Shown: positions 36,462 to 50,850, counted from the stretch's first letter. The stretch is 64,000 nt of DNA from Azolla caroliniana (GCA_043228905.1 JBHGNT010000013.1:16430001-16494000); one strand, 5' to 3'. Program-made: numbers and translations. The notes: generated from the sequence alone by a model not told the origin.

Positions 36462-36982
36462 GGCAACCTGTGGCGATGGTAGATCGGCGGCGCCAGGCGG
36501 CGGCGATGGCGGCGGCGATGGCGATGGCGATGGCGGCGGAGATTAAGGATAAGGGATCATGATCGCGCAAATTAATCGAGGCGGAAGCAGAATTTTTTGG
36601 AGATACCCCCCGGAAACAGAAAAACAGAAATTTGAATTTAACAGAAACGGAGGAGTAACTAACTAATTTTACCCCTAACTAATAATCTGGATGGAATGGA
36701 ATGGAATTAATGAATGAATTCGAATGGAATTAATGAATGAATTCGAATGGAAGTAAGAGAGAGACAGAGGTATGATTTGGGAAGAAGGCTTCTTACTATA
36801 CGCTCTGCAGGATCGAATGGTTTTTCTGTTTGGTTTTGTTTTGTTTTTGGGGGTTCATAATTCAATGGTTTCAATCTCTGTGTCTGTCTGTCTGTAAAAT
36901 AACAAAAAAACAAAGAAAAAACTCCCCTCTTTCTCTTTCCCTTTTCTCTCTACTTCTTCTACTCTCCTTCTATCATAGAGCC

Positions 36983-37338
36983 ATGCATACATACATACAT
37001 ACATACATACATACATACATACATACATGTCTCCTTCTAACAACCCATAATATTACAAACATACATACATACATCGTGCAATACATGCATGCATACATAC
37101 ATACATCGTGCAATACATGCATGCATACATACATACATCGTGCAATACATGCATGCATACATACATACATGTGCAATACATGCATGCATACATACATACA
37201 TTGTGCAATACATGCATACATACATACATGTGCAATACATGCATGCATACATACATACATGTGCAATACATGCATGCATACATATATACATGCGCAATAC
37301 ATGCATACATACATACATGTGCAATACATGCATGCCAT
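36983..37338. repeat. Compound minisatellite of TACA/TGCA tetramers (unit ~GTGCAATACATGCATGCATACATACATACAT)
   Basis: About nine ~30-bp units after a (TACA)n tract. Confidence 0.95.
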
Positions 37339-40300
37339 GGTTGATGATCTTGGCATGTCCCCAGGAGCCGCCCAAAATGAATGAAAAAATGAATCGATCG
37401 TCCTCCTCCTCCATTGCCAAAGCAAAATCCAACGATATAGTTGCCCCCCCCATCCCAACCAAGAAAAAAAAAGATCCTCGGCAACGATATAGTTCTCATA
37501 TCCTCGTCGGCACCCCCCCCCCCCCCCCCCCTTTGGAATGTCCGACCGCCTCATAGATCTCTTCATTGGATGTTGTCCGGGCGTGGGCGCCCAATTCACC
37601 TGCCCTCGTGAGTTTTTTAATCCCCTAGAACACATAAAGCTAGTCGTTTTTTCTAAATAGCGAGGATCGTATCTCCCCATATTGGTTGCTTCCCGATTAA
37701 ATATGCAAGTCTCGACCTATGTCCTATATTCTTGAGTTTCTAGCCCATGGTACTATGACTTGACACTCCTTAACTTACCTCACTTCACACGGTCACCCAA
37801 CACCACCCCCCTCCCCCCTTGCCCATGAACTTCACCCATTTGGGATCACAAATATAATACTTCCGTGTCACTCTAAACTCCACAACCACCGACTCAGAAT
37901 ATCCGACAATGTCCAATATTTGTGATATAACCATCTTTTTATGTAGCTCACCACATGGCCCATTTGTACTTTTGTGAACGACAACTTATTGCCTCTTACC
38001 CTTTTCTTTTATTTATTGAAGGTGGGTATGTTCCATTGAAGTTCGGAACAACACCATCATTGGGTAATCACCAAACTATGGTGCCTTTTTTCCCATCACC
38101 CCTTCCCTTCCCTACCCAACCAAAACCCCGCTCCCCCCTTTACCATGCTATCTTATTCCAAACAATAGACATATATTTATCGATCTTTGTTGTTTGCCAC
38201 CGTCATTCATATCATACGTTCATTTGAGAAATTGTATCGCTTGTCCTTGTCTGGTTCTTACTGTATGACATGCAAAGCCCATGTGAGACTGTGGCCCTTC
38301 TTTTGTTTTCGAAAAAGATAAAGTGTGCCTCCTTTTTTATCATTTATTCTAAAAGGCTTTTTGTCCACTTTCAAAATCAAAACAAAAGGCTAGGATGGGT
38401 TAAAAGGAAAAACGACACCACGAGTTTGTTCCTCCTACATACGAATGAGAAAAGCTCAAACTTTCAAATTATTCGAGAATTTTATTCTCCTACATGAAGC
38501 CAGAGCACATGGCAAGAATGAGTTAGTATGAACAATTATCTTGAGCTAAACATCGAGAAGTGAACCTATGCAATTTACTAAAAATGAGACAGATGTGAAG
38601 AATTGTGCACAATCAATGTCAACTTTCTATTCCATAAACTATTTCTACCATAAAAAACAATTCAAGATTTTGTGGATGAATTTAGAGCATGAAGCAAGAT
38701 AACATCACGATGAAACATGTATGACGCAAGTATTGAACTGATATCGGACAATGGGACACATACTTGGAGTTGGATGAAAACGATGCAAAATAGGAAGTCT
38801 TCAAATGAATGAATATTTAATTAAGTTACGATTGCTCGCAATTTTCTCCAAACTTGTCTCTCTATCAATGCAACAATAACTCACACTCACACATTCTAAA
38901 GCATGGATATCATGATAAGAATCTCCTCCTTTATTTATGGAAATATAACCCATGTAAACTACAAAATCTACTCCATCGTAACAAGAACCTAACTGTGATC
39001 ACAACTATTCAGAGTGTATAATACACATGTGGAGCAATGCAACTGAATCAAAATAAATTGAAGGTGTATCAATGTGAAGCCATTAACTTCATTACTTTAT
39101 AGTTGAAAATGTAAAACTAGTCATTTGACATTTAATTAATGTTAGTTGGGTAGTTAAGAATCGGGGTGGTATTGATAAATTCCGTTAAAAGGTGTCTTCA
39201 ATCTAAGTGACATCATGAGTTCACATGACCCAAGTGGCTAGCTCATGAAACTCACAAGTTAAAGTAGCAATGCAAAGTTCAAGTTGGCTTGCGTGTGACA
39301 CAAACTCACGACATTTTTTCCATTTCATAATTTTCCTTGCCTTGGCTTTTTTTTTCTTGGGCAAAAAGTAATTTTCCAATGGATATTGCACAAGAATGTT
39401 CTTTCATTGGACAAAATGTTCTTTGATTGCAAATCATTTTAAAATAATGTTGTCAAGATATTGAATGACTAGTACCTCCTTGTAGAATTCTCAAATATGG
39501 CAGACTCATGGTTACTACTCATGAATCATATTCATATTGGTCGATTCACCATTTTGTTTTTTAAATGAGAATGTTACATCATAATTGGCTCGCTATTCTA
39601 ACATTTTGTAGAACATGTTAGGTGTCTTCCTTTTATGTCTTTATTAAAAGTAGACTTTGGCAATGTCTCAATGCAAACATGGTAGTTGCCAAAGTGGACT
39701 AGAGAGCCCCATGGTATCATACAAAGGTCATGACTCATAACATGGGCTACCTCCACTTTCTTAATATATAACAAAGTCAATGAATCCACTTTCAAGTTGT
39801 GATGGACTAGCACCAAGAATGTTCCAGGTCAAGGCAAGACTAAGGTCTAAATAATAATAATAATAATAATCAAGTTACAGAGACCACTTCGCAACAATTG
39901 TTGGTCCACGAGTCATGTTGTCCACACTATGATTTTGCATCTATGCAATTTTTTCTCGTTCTCTTCCATTTTTTCTAATTTATTAACTATTACACCTATG
40001 GTAGCCTAAATTAACTTATACACTTTCAAGGCTCAATTATGTTTATGAGACATAGGCATGGGTAATTATTTCAATATTTGGATGTGAAATTTGTTGATTC
40101 CCATACTGTTTTCCAATTATAAAATATTATAGTCAAAACCTTATTGGTCAAGAACACCCCTTTGTGGTTTTTAACTAATTGCATGATATTGTTTCCATTA
40201 TATCACAACGATGTATGAACCCACTATTATTAGAAGTGCCTTCGAAGTATAAAGCAAAACTATGACAATAAAATCATGAAAGACTCACAAAAACACAACA

Positions 40301-40532
40301 CCATGCTAATTCTAACAAAAGTCATACATAGATTTATCATCATCCTCAAATGACGTATATGACCTATGGTAATGAATTCAAACATGTTTGAGTAGTGTGC
40401 ATGGAGTTTGAGAAACGACACTCATGGGTCAAGGATTTTACTAATGAACTTTGTAATTGAGAGTGCACATTATTCATGAGAGAGAAAAATTGAAACTTGG
40501 AGTGGTCAGTTGAAAAGGGGAAAGCATATTTA

Positions 40533-41330
40533 ATTAGAATTAGAATTAGAATTTTTATCGTCCATAAAGAGGCCAATTTTGACCTATGGGACCATAGTAT
40601 ACATGTGTTCTTGATATGTGTCTCCTTCCTAAGAAGGGGTATTCATACAATGAAGCACAAAGTCTCTATGTGTGAATAAAGCATGCACATATGAGCTCAA
40701 CCTTCTCGGTGGTGTCTTAAGTATGACACTTAAGTTATCACTCCCTCTTAGTATGTCATCATATCTTGAATGAATTGCACTATATGTTGAGCATGTGAAG
40801 AGCAAGTGACATTCATCATCTACCATGCTTTCATTGCATACTTTGCATGTCTTCAAATTAGTTACCTTTTGATACCATGATGCAACTTCAATACCTATCT
40901 TGTGAGATCGAGTGCGAAGTAGGCTAAGGGCTCTACGAGCATTACTACTCATATTGGTAAATTTGAGATAAGGTTGGATACGATCAATAGGCATTCTTGC
41001 TTTATATTGAGACCAACATTCAGGGTTGACATTTGCAATGTAGTATTCTAACTTTGTTCTCTTAGCATCTTCCCACTTCATCCTTAATGATTCCACCAAC
41101 CTTTCCTCAATCATTACATACAGCATAGCATTGCCAGAAAGCTCTAAACGATCATCCAAACCCCATCTTCTAAACCATTTCCTTATGTCAACAACCCAAT
41201 TGGATGAGAGAATCTTGCTTTTATGATTCTTTTGTAGCTTACATCCAACATTCCAAGCAAGATGTGGTAATCGATGATTCGACATATTCTTGACTTTTGT
41301 AATGACAATTTATATACTCTTTGGAGGGTG
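40533..41330 (-). mobile_element. 5'-truncated RTEX/RTE-like LINE 3' end with (ATTCTA)n tail
   Basis: ORF 40629-41285: LRTRSHKIGIE...CKVC....DDECHLLFTCSTY. Short 3' UTR, then ATTCTA repeats. Confidence 0.8.
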
Positions 41331-41789
41331 TGATATATCCTGAAAGTAGGAACTTGTCTAAAGCAAAACGCTTATCTCTATGTTTCATCATCTTTACTCA
41401 CATGGTGTTTATTCTCTAATCCGAGGTCATTGGAGTTCAACCATCATCTACCCTAGGGAAGGCAATATTGACAAAGGAAGTTGCCGGGCACCTCTTAGCT
41501 TCAAGGAATAATGTTAGCACAAAACTCACAACCAATCACTCTTTGATTATTTGGAGATTAAAAAGAGAGTTCCGTGGACAAAATGTCATTCTCTAGTTGC
41601 TTGCCCACCCAAGCAGTGTGTTTTAGGCGAGGATTCCATTAGCTTAGCTAATTCATGAGAGCCCTCTTGCTATTGAAAGGAATATGGAGTCAATCCCCAT
41701 TAATGAAATTTAGGGATTGGTATCTTCATTAAAACATAAAGAAACTATGTAGTATAAGTCTATTTAAGCTAAAGCTCCCCTCAAATATC

Positions 41790-42250
41790 CCTAGTAGAAA
41801 GTGGAACACAAGGTTCACCACCGAGGAGTTCAATGGAGTAGATTTTGAATAAATCTTCTTTCCAATCATGAAGATGGTGATACTATGGATATCACTTGGA
41901 ATGACAAAAAAGGACTTCAAGTTGGAGTAGATGAACATGAAAACCACCTTTCTCCATGGTGATCTTGAGGAGGAGTTCAAAACACACGACAATTTGTTTG
42001 TTTTGTGTACTCAAGTAAGGAGGATTAGTATGTGGACTAAGGAAGAGGCTCCATGGGTTGATGCAAGCACCCCACCAATGATAACAAAAGTGCAACTCCT
42101 TTAGGAATTTAGGAAGATTCTACAATTATAGTAACGAGGATCCATATCTATGCAAGAAGAGGTGTTCCTGGAAGCCTATTCTCATAACTGTAAGCATATG
42201 ACATGCCATTTAAAGAAATTTAAAGGATGAATTGTATGCTCTCATGACCA
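41790..42250 (+). mobile_element. Highly decayed copia RT fragment
   Basis: MNMKTTFLHGDLEEE near 41931; GL.QAP near 42055. Confidence 0.65.
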
Positions 42251-42446
42251 AAAGTATTGTGGGGGCAAATTGTAAGATGACTCTTGGGTTTGATGTGGAC
42301 ACACAACTCTAATGCTGTGTGGGCAAGGGGGTGGACATGCATAGTAACCCTCATCCATCGAGGTTTGTATACGTAAAGGCCTGCCCTATGGTTGGGAGAT
42401 AAGCATTAGAACACACCCACACCATGTTTGGTTTCAGAATGTCTCT

Positions 42447-42495
<49 letters not shown>

Positions 42496-42731
42496 CACAT
42501 TGTGTGTTTGTGTGTGGCAATGGTATCAAAGCACTTAGTATGATCATCCACAATTGTCACCCATGTGGTCATCATCATTTCCATACCATCAACATTACTT
42601 GATATCATAAATATATAAACATATATCTTCATAAGGGTTCATTTTCTTTTTTTCTCTCTTACTCTAATTGATTCAATAAATTAACCTAGAATAATATGCA
42701 TTGCATTGAAATTACTAACTTCATGATTATT

Positions 42732-43352
42732 TGTTATGCACACATAACATAGGTAAGGGCAGGTCACTAATATTTACATAAGTGAAGGGTATGTTCACTA
42801 ATGTTAAAGAGGGGACTAATATGATTGGATAGAAGGAATGACAGGTGCATGCACTATCATGATTTGGACAACCAATAAATGAAGAGTCTTTTACAAAGGC
42901 ACATCTATTCAAGGGGCCTAGGAAGAGGTATAAATATGAGGCTTAGCTATCGTCATAAGCACATTACGTCGGAAGGTTGTTGTCAGAGACACTGGTGGTA
43001 CGGGCTAGGCTTTCGTCTTGATGATCGTGTTATCTCTTCCAAGGTATTAGTCATCCTAATATCCGGCGGTATGGGACGTCAGTGGTAGGTTGGCTATGTC
43101 TAGATCATAGCTCGGGGGTGGTCGGGTGGAACGGGTTCTTCTATCCAATCTATTTTCCTTCTTTTTACTTTATTTTGGTCTATTGATTAGTATTAGACTC
43201 TTAACATTATTATTATCTATGAGCATATTTGAATGAATCACCACAAACATATATCGCTATAAACTCTCGTTCAAATATTTTCATTGAATGTAATTTAGGA
43301 TAACATGCATACAATTGTGAAGTATAAGATAATATATAGATATATAGAAATA

Positions 43353-43390
<38 letters not shown>

Positions 43391-46300
43391 AGCTAGACCC
43401 TTACATTTAGCTTACGATTTGAACATTTGTGCCAATTCGATGGCATCACGGGTGGATCCGATGGAACCGAAAGTCAACCATTAGCCTTCATCCAATAACG
43501 GTTGTCCTCTCCCATTCTTGAGTCAGTGGCCCTCCACATAAGATAGGAACTATCAAGTTCCTTCGGGGATTTGTACATAACATTCTCAGCCATAAAATAT
43601 TATAACTAAATGAAGGAGTTTTGTTTTTGGGGGAAAAAATAGATTTGAACCTTTGTCCTCTTATTTTCTATCACAAGCTTCCAACAATGAAGTATTATTA
43701 TAAAGCGCCAATAAACCTGAATAGTTTAAAGTTTCCTAGCTTAGAATCCTCGATGGAAATTATGTTGATTTATGATCACATCAATGAGATACTTATTAAT
43801 TGCCAAGAGGTGGTTAACCATAGACTTGATGTCTTTGAGCAATGCATGTTTGAAATGTCAAACATGCACTCAAGAGTTGGGACTCGGGAGTGGACTTTGT
43901 ATGCCTAGCAATCCCAAACCTGTTACCAACCCATTGGAATTTGATAAACCTAAATATTCCATAAAGGATTTCAATTTGAAATGTTGATGCAGTTTATCAA
44001 TGGCTTGTTAAATCAAAGTAGATTTCCAATTGTACAAGATCACCAATGATCAAACACATGTCATTTAACCTACGATACATAGCTCAATATGGATGGTGGA
44101 GAACATAGGTTAAAGATAACTAAATTCCCAAGAGATGGGTTGAATTCAAAACAATGTGCATAGTAGGTCATGTGATGACAATTGTTTCTTCATTGAACCA
44201 AACTTGTTCATGTATGAATATGCCAATAAGTATCACAAGAATTGTGCATAGGATACCTAAAGAGATACTTAATTATTTGCAAGTACAAATGTTTGCATTA
44301 GTACTTAAGGACTATCTTCAACCATTAGTTCATAAAGAGCTTGTCATGGGAAGAGTTTTGTTGGGTGAGATGGGTCTAAGAAGCCTATGCAAAGCTCATT
44401 TACCCATGAGTGGCAAGAGGAAACAAGAATCCTCAAACTTTTCAAGTAAGAAGCCTAAATTTGGGTTGACCCCTCAACAATAAGATAAATCTAGGCATTA
44501 AATTTAAGTACGTGAATTTGCTTTAGTAAGGACTCTCTTAATCCATTAGTTCAAAGAGAGAAACATACTACATTAAGTCAAGATATTGAGATGGCTTTTG
44601 TATACAATGATTGTAGGAAACATGTTAACCATATCACTATCATAGGGAAGACATTGGCTAGCAATGGGAAAACTTTTGTTGGGTGAAGCAAGTCTAAGAA
44701 GCCAATGCAAAGTTCATTTACCCTTAAACCTACAACTAGCAAGAGGAAATAGGAATTCTCAAACTTTGTGTGTAAGAAGCCCATGTTTTGGTTGTTTGGG
44801 TCAATATCAATTTAAGGATTGTCGAGACATAAAGATAAAGCTTCTGGCTAATGCCATGTTAGCTCCCATAGGAATGGACAAGAAAATGAGTCTTTGAATG
44901 ACTCAAATTCTGAATTTAGAGCAGAGAATGTTATTGTTTGAAAGATCCACTCTAGTTTTCCTTATTGTCATTTGTCACACAATGCTAAAAGGGGATATTA
45001 GTTTTTGAAGCTAATTTGTGTATGAGGGTACTCGTAAATGATAGCCCAGTTATAGTCTTATTCAGCATTGGATCCAATCATAATTTGCCAAATGAGAGGA
45101 TGGTTAAGATCTTGAAACTTCAAATAGTGCCATTGTTTTATGCTTATACCATTTAAATTCTTGATGGTATTGATCGACTAGTTTTGATGGTAAGGTGGTA
45201 AGGTTAGATCTAAATATCCAAGATTATTGAGAAAAGTTTGATTTTGATATCATGAAGTTGTTGCATTTGAATCTCATTCTCAAGAAAACATGGAATGCAC
45301 AGAAGAATCCTAGGTCATCTTTTCTATGTTTGATTAGTCAATTAATGGAACTGAAAGCTAAGACATCTAATGATAATTTCAATGTGTATCACAACCTTAG
45401 GCAAAAACTTATGCAACACTATAGCTTCTATTTAGATTTCAATTATCTATGGATTTGCCACCTCGCAAAAATGTGGGGCATTATAAAATAAGTATCAAGA
45501 GTGAGTTTGGTCAAAATTAGGTCATATTAAATGAGCATGTTGGAAGAAAGAGAAGCGGGAACACATATTTCTAGTTACTCTCCTTATGCTTCCCTTATAA
45601 TGCTAGTTAAGAAGAAAGATGGCACTCACTGTATGTGTAGTATAGTTAGACATCTTTATATTATGCTTCACGCTAGTAATTTACTTGATGCAATTGGTAA
45701 TGCTAAAATAATTAGTAAGATTGACTTGAAAAGTGAATATCATCAAACACAAGCTTCTAAAGAGAATGAACACAAAGTTTTCAGGTGTACTCTATTTCAA
45801 CCTCCGTACCGGGAATCAAGTTCTTCTCGCGGTGTTATGTTTGGTAGATTGTTTCCTCTTTGGCCCTATGGGTTTTGTGGAAAGCGAGATGTTCCAAACT
45901 ATACAATGATGAACAAATTCATGTTGTGGATCAGGTTAAGACCTTTTGGGAATTAGTGATACATACAGTAAAAGGTGAGTATGATAGTTATAAGGGTTAT
46001 GGAAATAAAGTTAATTGGAAAAGAAGAAGAATTCATAGAGTTTGGGCAGATATTCCTATTTTGTTGGATGCAGGTGATGATGTTAAGTGGAATTACGTTC
46101 CACCTCGTTGGTTGTTTCCGCCACAAGCACCGTTCTTAGTGTAGACAATATGGAATTTGGTGAAAATGGCGAGAGGGTTGTTGTGGAATTATTTTGAAGC
46201 ATATTTAGTTATTGTAACTTTTAGAACGATGAATGAAGACAGGGACGGAGGCAAATACCAATTTTCATGATGGTCTAAGGAGTGTGTGTATACAAGAAAG

Positions 46301-49110
46301 TACTGAAAATGGAGAGGATTTTGATGGAAAATGGTGAGATGCTTTGATGTGGAAGTTTTTTTGAAGCAGACTTATTTATTTTCAGTTTTTAGAATGATGA
46401 ATGAAGATGGTGGCGGAGGCAGAAGCAAGGTTTCATAAGGGTTTGAGGAGAGTGGATTCATTATGGTCTTCTTTTTGTAGGTACAGAACTCGGGCGATGA
46501 ATGGCAAGATGGTTGTAGTGGAAATTGAAGCGGATTTATTTTGAAAGGATGGGTGAAGATGGTGGCGGAGGCGGAAGCAAGGTTTCATGAGGGTTTGAGG
46601 AGAGTGGATTCATTTTGGTTTTTGTAGGTACAGGAATCGGGTGATGAATGGCAAGATGGTTGTAGTGGAAAATGAAGTTGATTTAATTTTGGAAGGATGA
46701 GTGAAGATGGTGGTGGAGGTAGAAGCAAGGTTTCATGAGGGTTTCAGGATATTGGATTCATTCTGGTTTTTGTAGGTACGGGACTCGAGTGATGAATGGC
46801 AAGAGGATCTTGATGCAAAATGGAGAGATAATTGATGTGGAAGTTTTTGAAGCAGTCTTATTTACTTTCAGTTTTCAGAATGATGAGTGAAGATGGTGGC
46901 GGAGGTAGAAGCAAGGTTTTATGAGGGTGAGGAGAGTGGATTAATTCTGTTTTGTGTATGTACAGGAAATTGTTGAAAATAGAGAGATACAGGACTCGAG
47001 CAATGACTGGCAAGATGGATGTTGTGGAAAAGGAAGCTGATTTATTTTTTAAAGGATGAGTGAGGATGTTGTCGAGGGTTGAAGCAAAATGTCATGAGTA
47101 GATGAGGACAACTAATTTTTTCTTTGTTGTCTATACAGGAATTTCATGGAAAATGGAGAGACGGCTGATGTGAAATATTTTGAAGCACATTTATTTGTTT
47201 TTAGTTTATACAAGGATGAGGGAAGGTGGTGGCAGAGGCAAAAGCAAATTTGCATGAGGGCCTGAGGAGATTGGATTGAGTAGAGAACAAGTATTTTCAT
47301 ATGGTAGGTTCATCTGGATCATTTGGATATGATGAACTCTTACATGTAGCAGCGATCAAGGAATCATTGTGAACGAAGATATATCACTACATGTTGAATA
47401 CGATGGAATTGATGTTAGGGGCTTTGGCATGGCATCAACATTACTTGGTGATATGGATGATGGTAGGGCAACAATATTACTTAGGGAGAAGTTCACCAAT
47501 ATTATCTTGTATCTTGCCTTTATCTTTATCTAGAAAGATTGGTTGCACAATATTCATTGTAATGTTGGATTATCTTGTATCTTGCCTTTGGCTACTTTAA
47601 TCTTAATACTAATGGAGGATAATTTTTATGGAAAAAAAGAAGAGAATGAACACAAGACAACTTTTCACACCCATTTTGATCATTATGAGTTTTTAGTTTT
47701 ACCATTCGGTCTCTCTATAATGCACCAATTATAGACATATTTCTGAAGTACATATTTCATCTTGATACTAGGAAGAAAACGATATAGTTTGTTACATGTT
47801 CCTATTGGTGGTTACATATGTACAAGAATAAGGTCGTGTTGCATTCCTTTTCAAACTTCCAAGTATGAGAGTGTTTATTATCCTAGATTGTAACAACCTT
47901 TGTCTGCCTGAAATTAGAACTAACGCATGTCCATGCATTTCATTTTGGTTTTGCCCCATACTTGAGATCAACACAACATAATAAAGAAATTAATTCCTAC
48001 ACAAGTAGCCAAATTGTTTGCTTTCCATATATTCCACATTCATGGATTACCAAAAACAGTTATCTCAAACCAAGATTTTCATCTCATGGGATAGTTCTAA
48101 ACTAGTTTGTTTCCAAGATTGGGCACTAAACTGAAGGTTAGTAGCAAAGAACATCTTGAGATCAATGGTAAAAAATGAAAAAGATAAATCAAGTGTTGGA
48201 TTATATGTTGAGGGCATATATGTCTATCTATCAAATAAACTTGGAAAGTTATTATCCATTGCTTGTGTTTGCATTTTACTAATGGAAGCATTCAACATTT
48301 AAGTTTTCTTAGTTTGAGCTTAATTATGCACATTCAATAGAGTTGAGTACTTGTAATCCAAGCGCCATACAATATTGACAAACTACCTCACAACATTCAA
48401 TAATCGTCAAGAAAATAGGAGATTGCTTATATCTTCTTCATTTGTGTTTCATATAGTATCTTGACAAATTATCCAATAGTTGATAAAGATAGCGTACTAG
48501 TTGGTATTTTGGAAATGCACGCTACTATGGATGGCCATGTATGGACAATGATGTGTTAAGGCCATGGGTCGATGCATTCCTCGTCAAACCTCTAAGTATA
48601 AGAGGGTATGTTATCCCAAATAGTAAATGACAAAGTGTGTCCATGGATTTCATTGTAGGTTTCGATCATACTCAAAGTCCACACAACACAATGTTATGCT
48701 AATAGGGTAACTCCTAGATCATAAGGTGGAGAACAAGTGTATTTGTTGATTACTCTCCATGTTGGTTTTACTATTAAGTTGCCTAAACTATCTTTGAAAT
48801 ATTGTGGTTCATGTATGATTGGTGATTTACTCGTAGGAAGTGTTGGTATATGAAAAAGTGTATATTAAATGAAGATAATGTGGTAGTTGACTTGAGGATG
48901 GATTGTATTCTTTTTTCTTTTTTTTTCCAAAAAAGAGGATGGATTGTATTCTTGATATCTAAGAGAAGAAATTTACAATCATACTTTTTGTCAATAGTTT
49001 CTTGGAAAGGTCATCCTTTGTTAGATGCTACTTATGAATATGAGCGTTAAGTTTTAGAAACCATTTCCAAACTTGGTCATCAAGGAATGTGAAAGAGCCT
49101 TCTATAAGGG
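42732..49110 (+). mobile_element. Old Ty3/gypsy (chromovirus) relic; putative 5' LTR 42732-43405
   Basis: SPYASLIMLVKKKDG, SKIDLKSEYHQ, KTTFHTHFDHYEFLVLPFGL, SVSMDFIVG, chromodomain-like VSWKGHPLLDATYE. Confidence 0.7.
45776..47639 (+). mobile_element. L1/Tx1-type LINE 3' end with a long repetitive 3' UTR, inserted in the gypsy RT
   Basis: 16-bp TSD aagagaatgaacacaa (45760-45775, 47640-47655). ORF end LWVLWKARC...PPRWLFPP. A-rich end. Confidence 0.85.
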
Positions 49111-49685
49111 ATGACATGCCATGAACGAAAGTATCATAGGGGTCATCGTAAGATGTCCCTAGGGGTCATGTGTGGACATACAAGTTTGCAACACAAATGT
49201 AGGGGGTATACACTCATATTAGTCCTTATGAATGGGATACTATATAAGGCATGCTCTGTGGTTGGCATGAGAAACCTTCGAACATTCATCTTCACAATAT
49301 CTCTTAGCTTTCCAAGAGCGGAGAGTGGAGAGTGTGCAAGTGTACATGCAACATATGTGGAGTGCAATACATCACGAGAGAGAATTTATTATTGATCCAT
49401 ATATTCATTTTGCCATTAAGATCCCTAAAGTATCTTTAAGGTATTGTGATTGATCATAAAGAAGATAAGAAAGTTTCCTTACAAGATGGATTTACCAACA
49501 TGAAATTGGGTACATCCTATGTCTCATGTTTTTAAATTGACGATGTGTCTACTAGATGAAGATAGTGTGGTGGATGGTATTGTCAGAAATATTGCTTATA
49601 AGATAGATTTACCGACATGAAATTGGACACATCCATGTCTCTTGTTGTTAAATTTAATATGTGTCTAGATGAAGATATTGTGATG

Positions 49686-49934
49686 CATAGTATGAACCAT
49701 ACGTACCATACGTCCATTCGTGTAAGAAAAACACCCTCAAAGAATGATAAATACCATACTTTTGGATTAACTATTTATTATGAGGTAAATAAGCCTAAAA
49801 AATGGAAAAAAACAAAAAATAAAACCATTACAAAAATGGGAAAAAAACAAAATTGTTTGAATAACATTCGCATTCATTTTCCAACGTAGGAAAACGAATG
49901 TTATGCTAGACGAACACGAATTTTACGTACTATG
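49686..49934. mobile_element. MITE with CATAGTA TIR and 5-bp TSD (TGATG)
   Basis: TSD at 49681-49685 and 49935-49939; a paralogous empty site is visible at 49551-49585. Confidence 0.8.
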
Positions 49935-50429
49935 TGATGGATGGTATTGTGGAATTGCAGAGTTCTTTTGTTGTTGACTCAAGGACAAATCCTATCCTTG
50001 ATATTCAAGCGAAGAAATTTAGGAATCATACTTTTTGTCAATTATGTTGTCTTGGAAATATCTTCCTTTGTTAGAGATTGTCTACCCAATGTCCATGCCC
50101 TTGCAAATTCTTAACACATGTTGCAATTCATGCTCAAAGCGGAGGTGATCTCCATATTAGTTAAGTACTTGCATTTGTTAGCATAACTTACATAGAACCC
50201 AAATGTCTAAAGTCAAAAATATCAATTTTAAGCCCTTCAATCATAAATGTACTACGCAAGGAATTATTACACTTTCCCAAAAGTGGGTTGTTTTAATATT
50301 TTCTTTTATAATTAATTAATAGGAAGTCTACAATGTTATTGTTGAATGTATGAATGTGTTAAGAGAAGATTATTAACATCCACCTATGGCAGGATATATG
50401 ATCTGGGATCCAAAGCATGGCGTTTAAAG

Positions 50430-50850
50430 TAACCGGCTGAGTTCCATCGGTTCAGAATTCCTAAAACTGAAGCATTAACATCAAACATGAAACTAAACCA
50501 AACTAAACTAAATCTATATCGGTCAAACCGAAACCTTAATTGTTCAAATTGAACCACTTGTAAAAAATCGGGCTTAAAATAAACTGCTCACAACATATTT
50601 AGAGCCAAACCAAACCGTTCAAACCGTTCAAAAAGACTAAAGTAAATTTAACCTAAAAGGCTAAACTAACACCTTCACATTTTTTTAGTTTTAATTTTAA
50701 ATTTAAGAAGTTAGTAGTAAAAAAGTTGCAAACCATATAAACCAAACCAAAAGGTTACGAACCGAACCGAACCATCTAAAAAACTAGGAAATTGAACCAA
50801 ACCGAAACTAAGCCTTTAAGCCACAATTTAACGGTTGGGCACAACTCAAA
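50430..50850. mobile_element. Degenerate AACCG-rich MITE-like element
   Basis: Dense aaccg/aaacc motifs as in 32409-32731; ends unclear. Confidence 0.4.

Noticed and set aside
36280-36570. 96-aa overlapping uORF
   Set aside because: Starts at TTG and is mostly triplet-repeat sequence.
36830-37680. Overlapping ORFs rich in M/H/Y/C/V
   Set aside because: Artefacts of the stop-free TACA/TGCA minisatellite.
49111-49450. 3' LTR paired with 42732-43405
   Set aside because: No visible similarity between the two segments.
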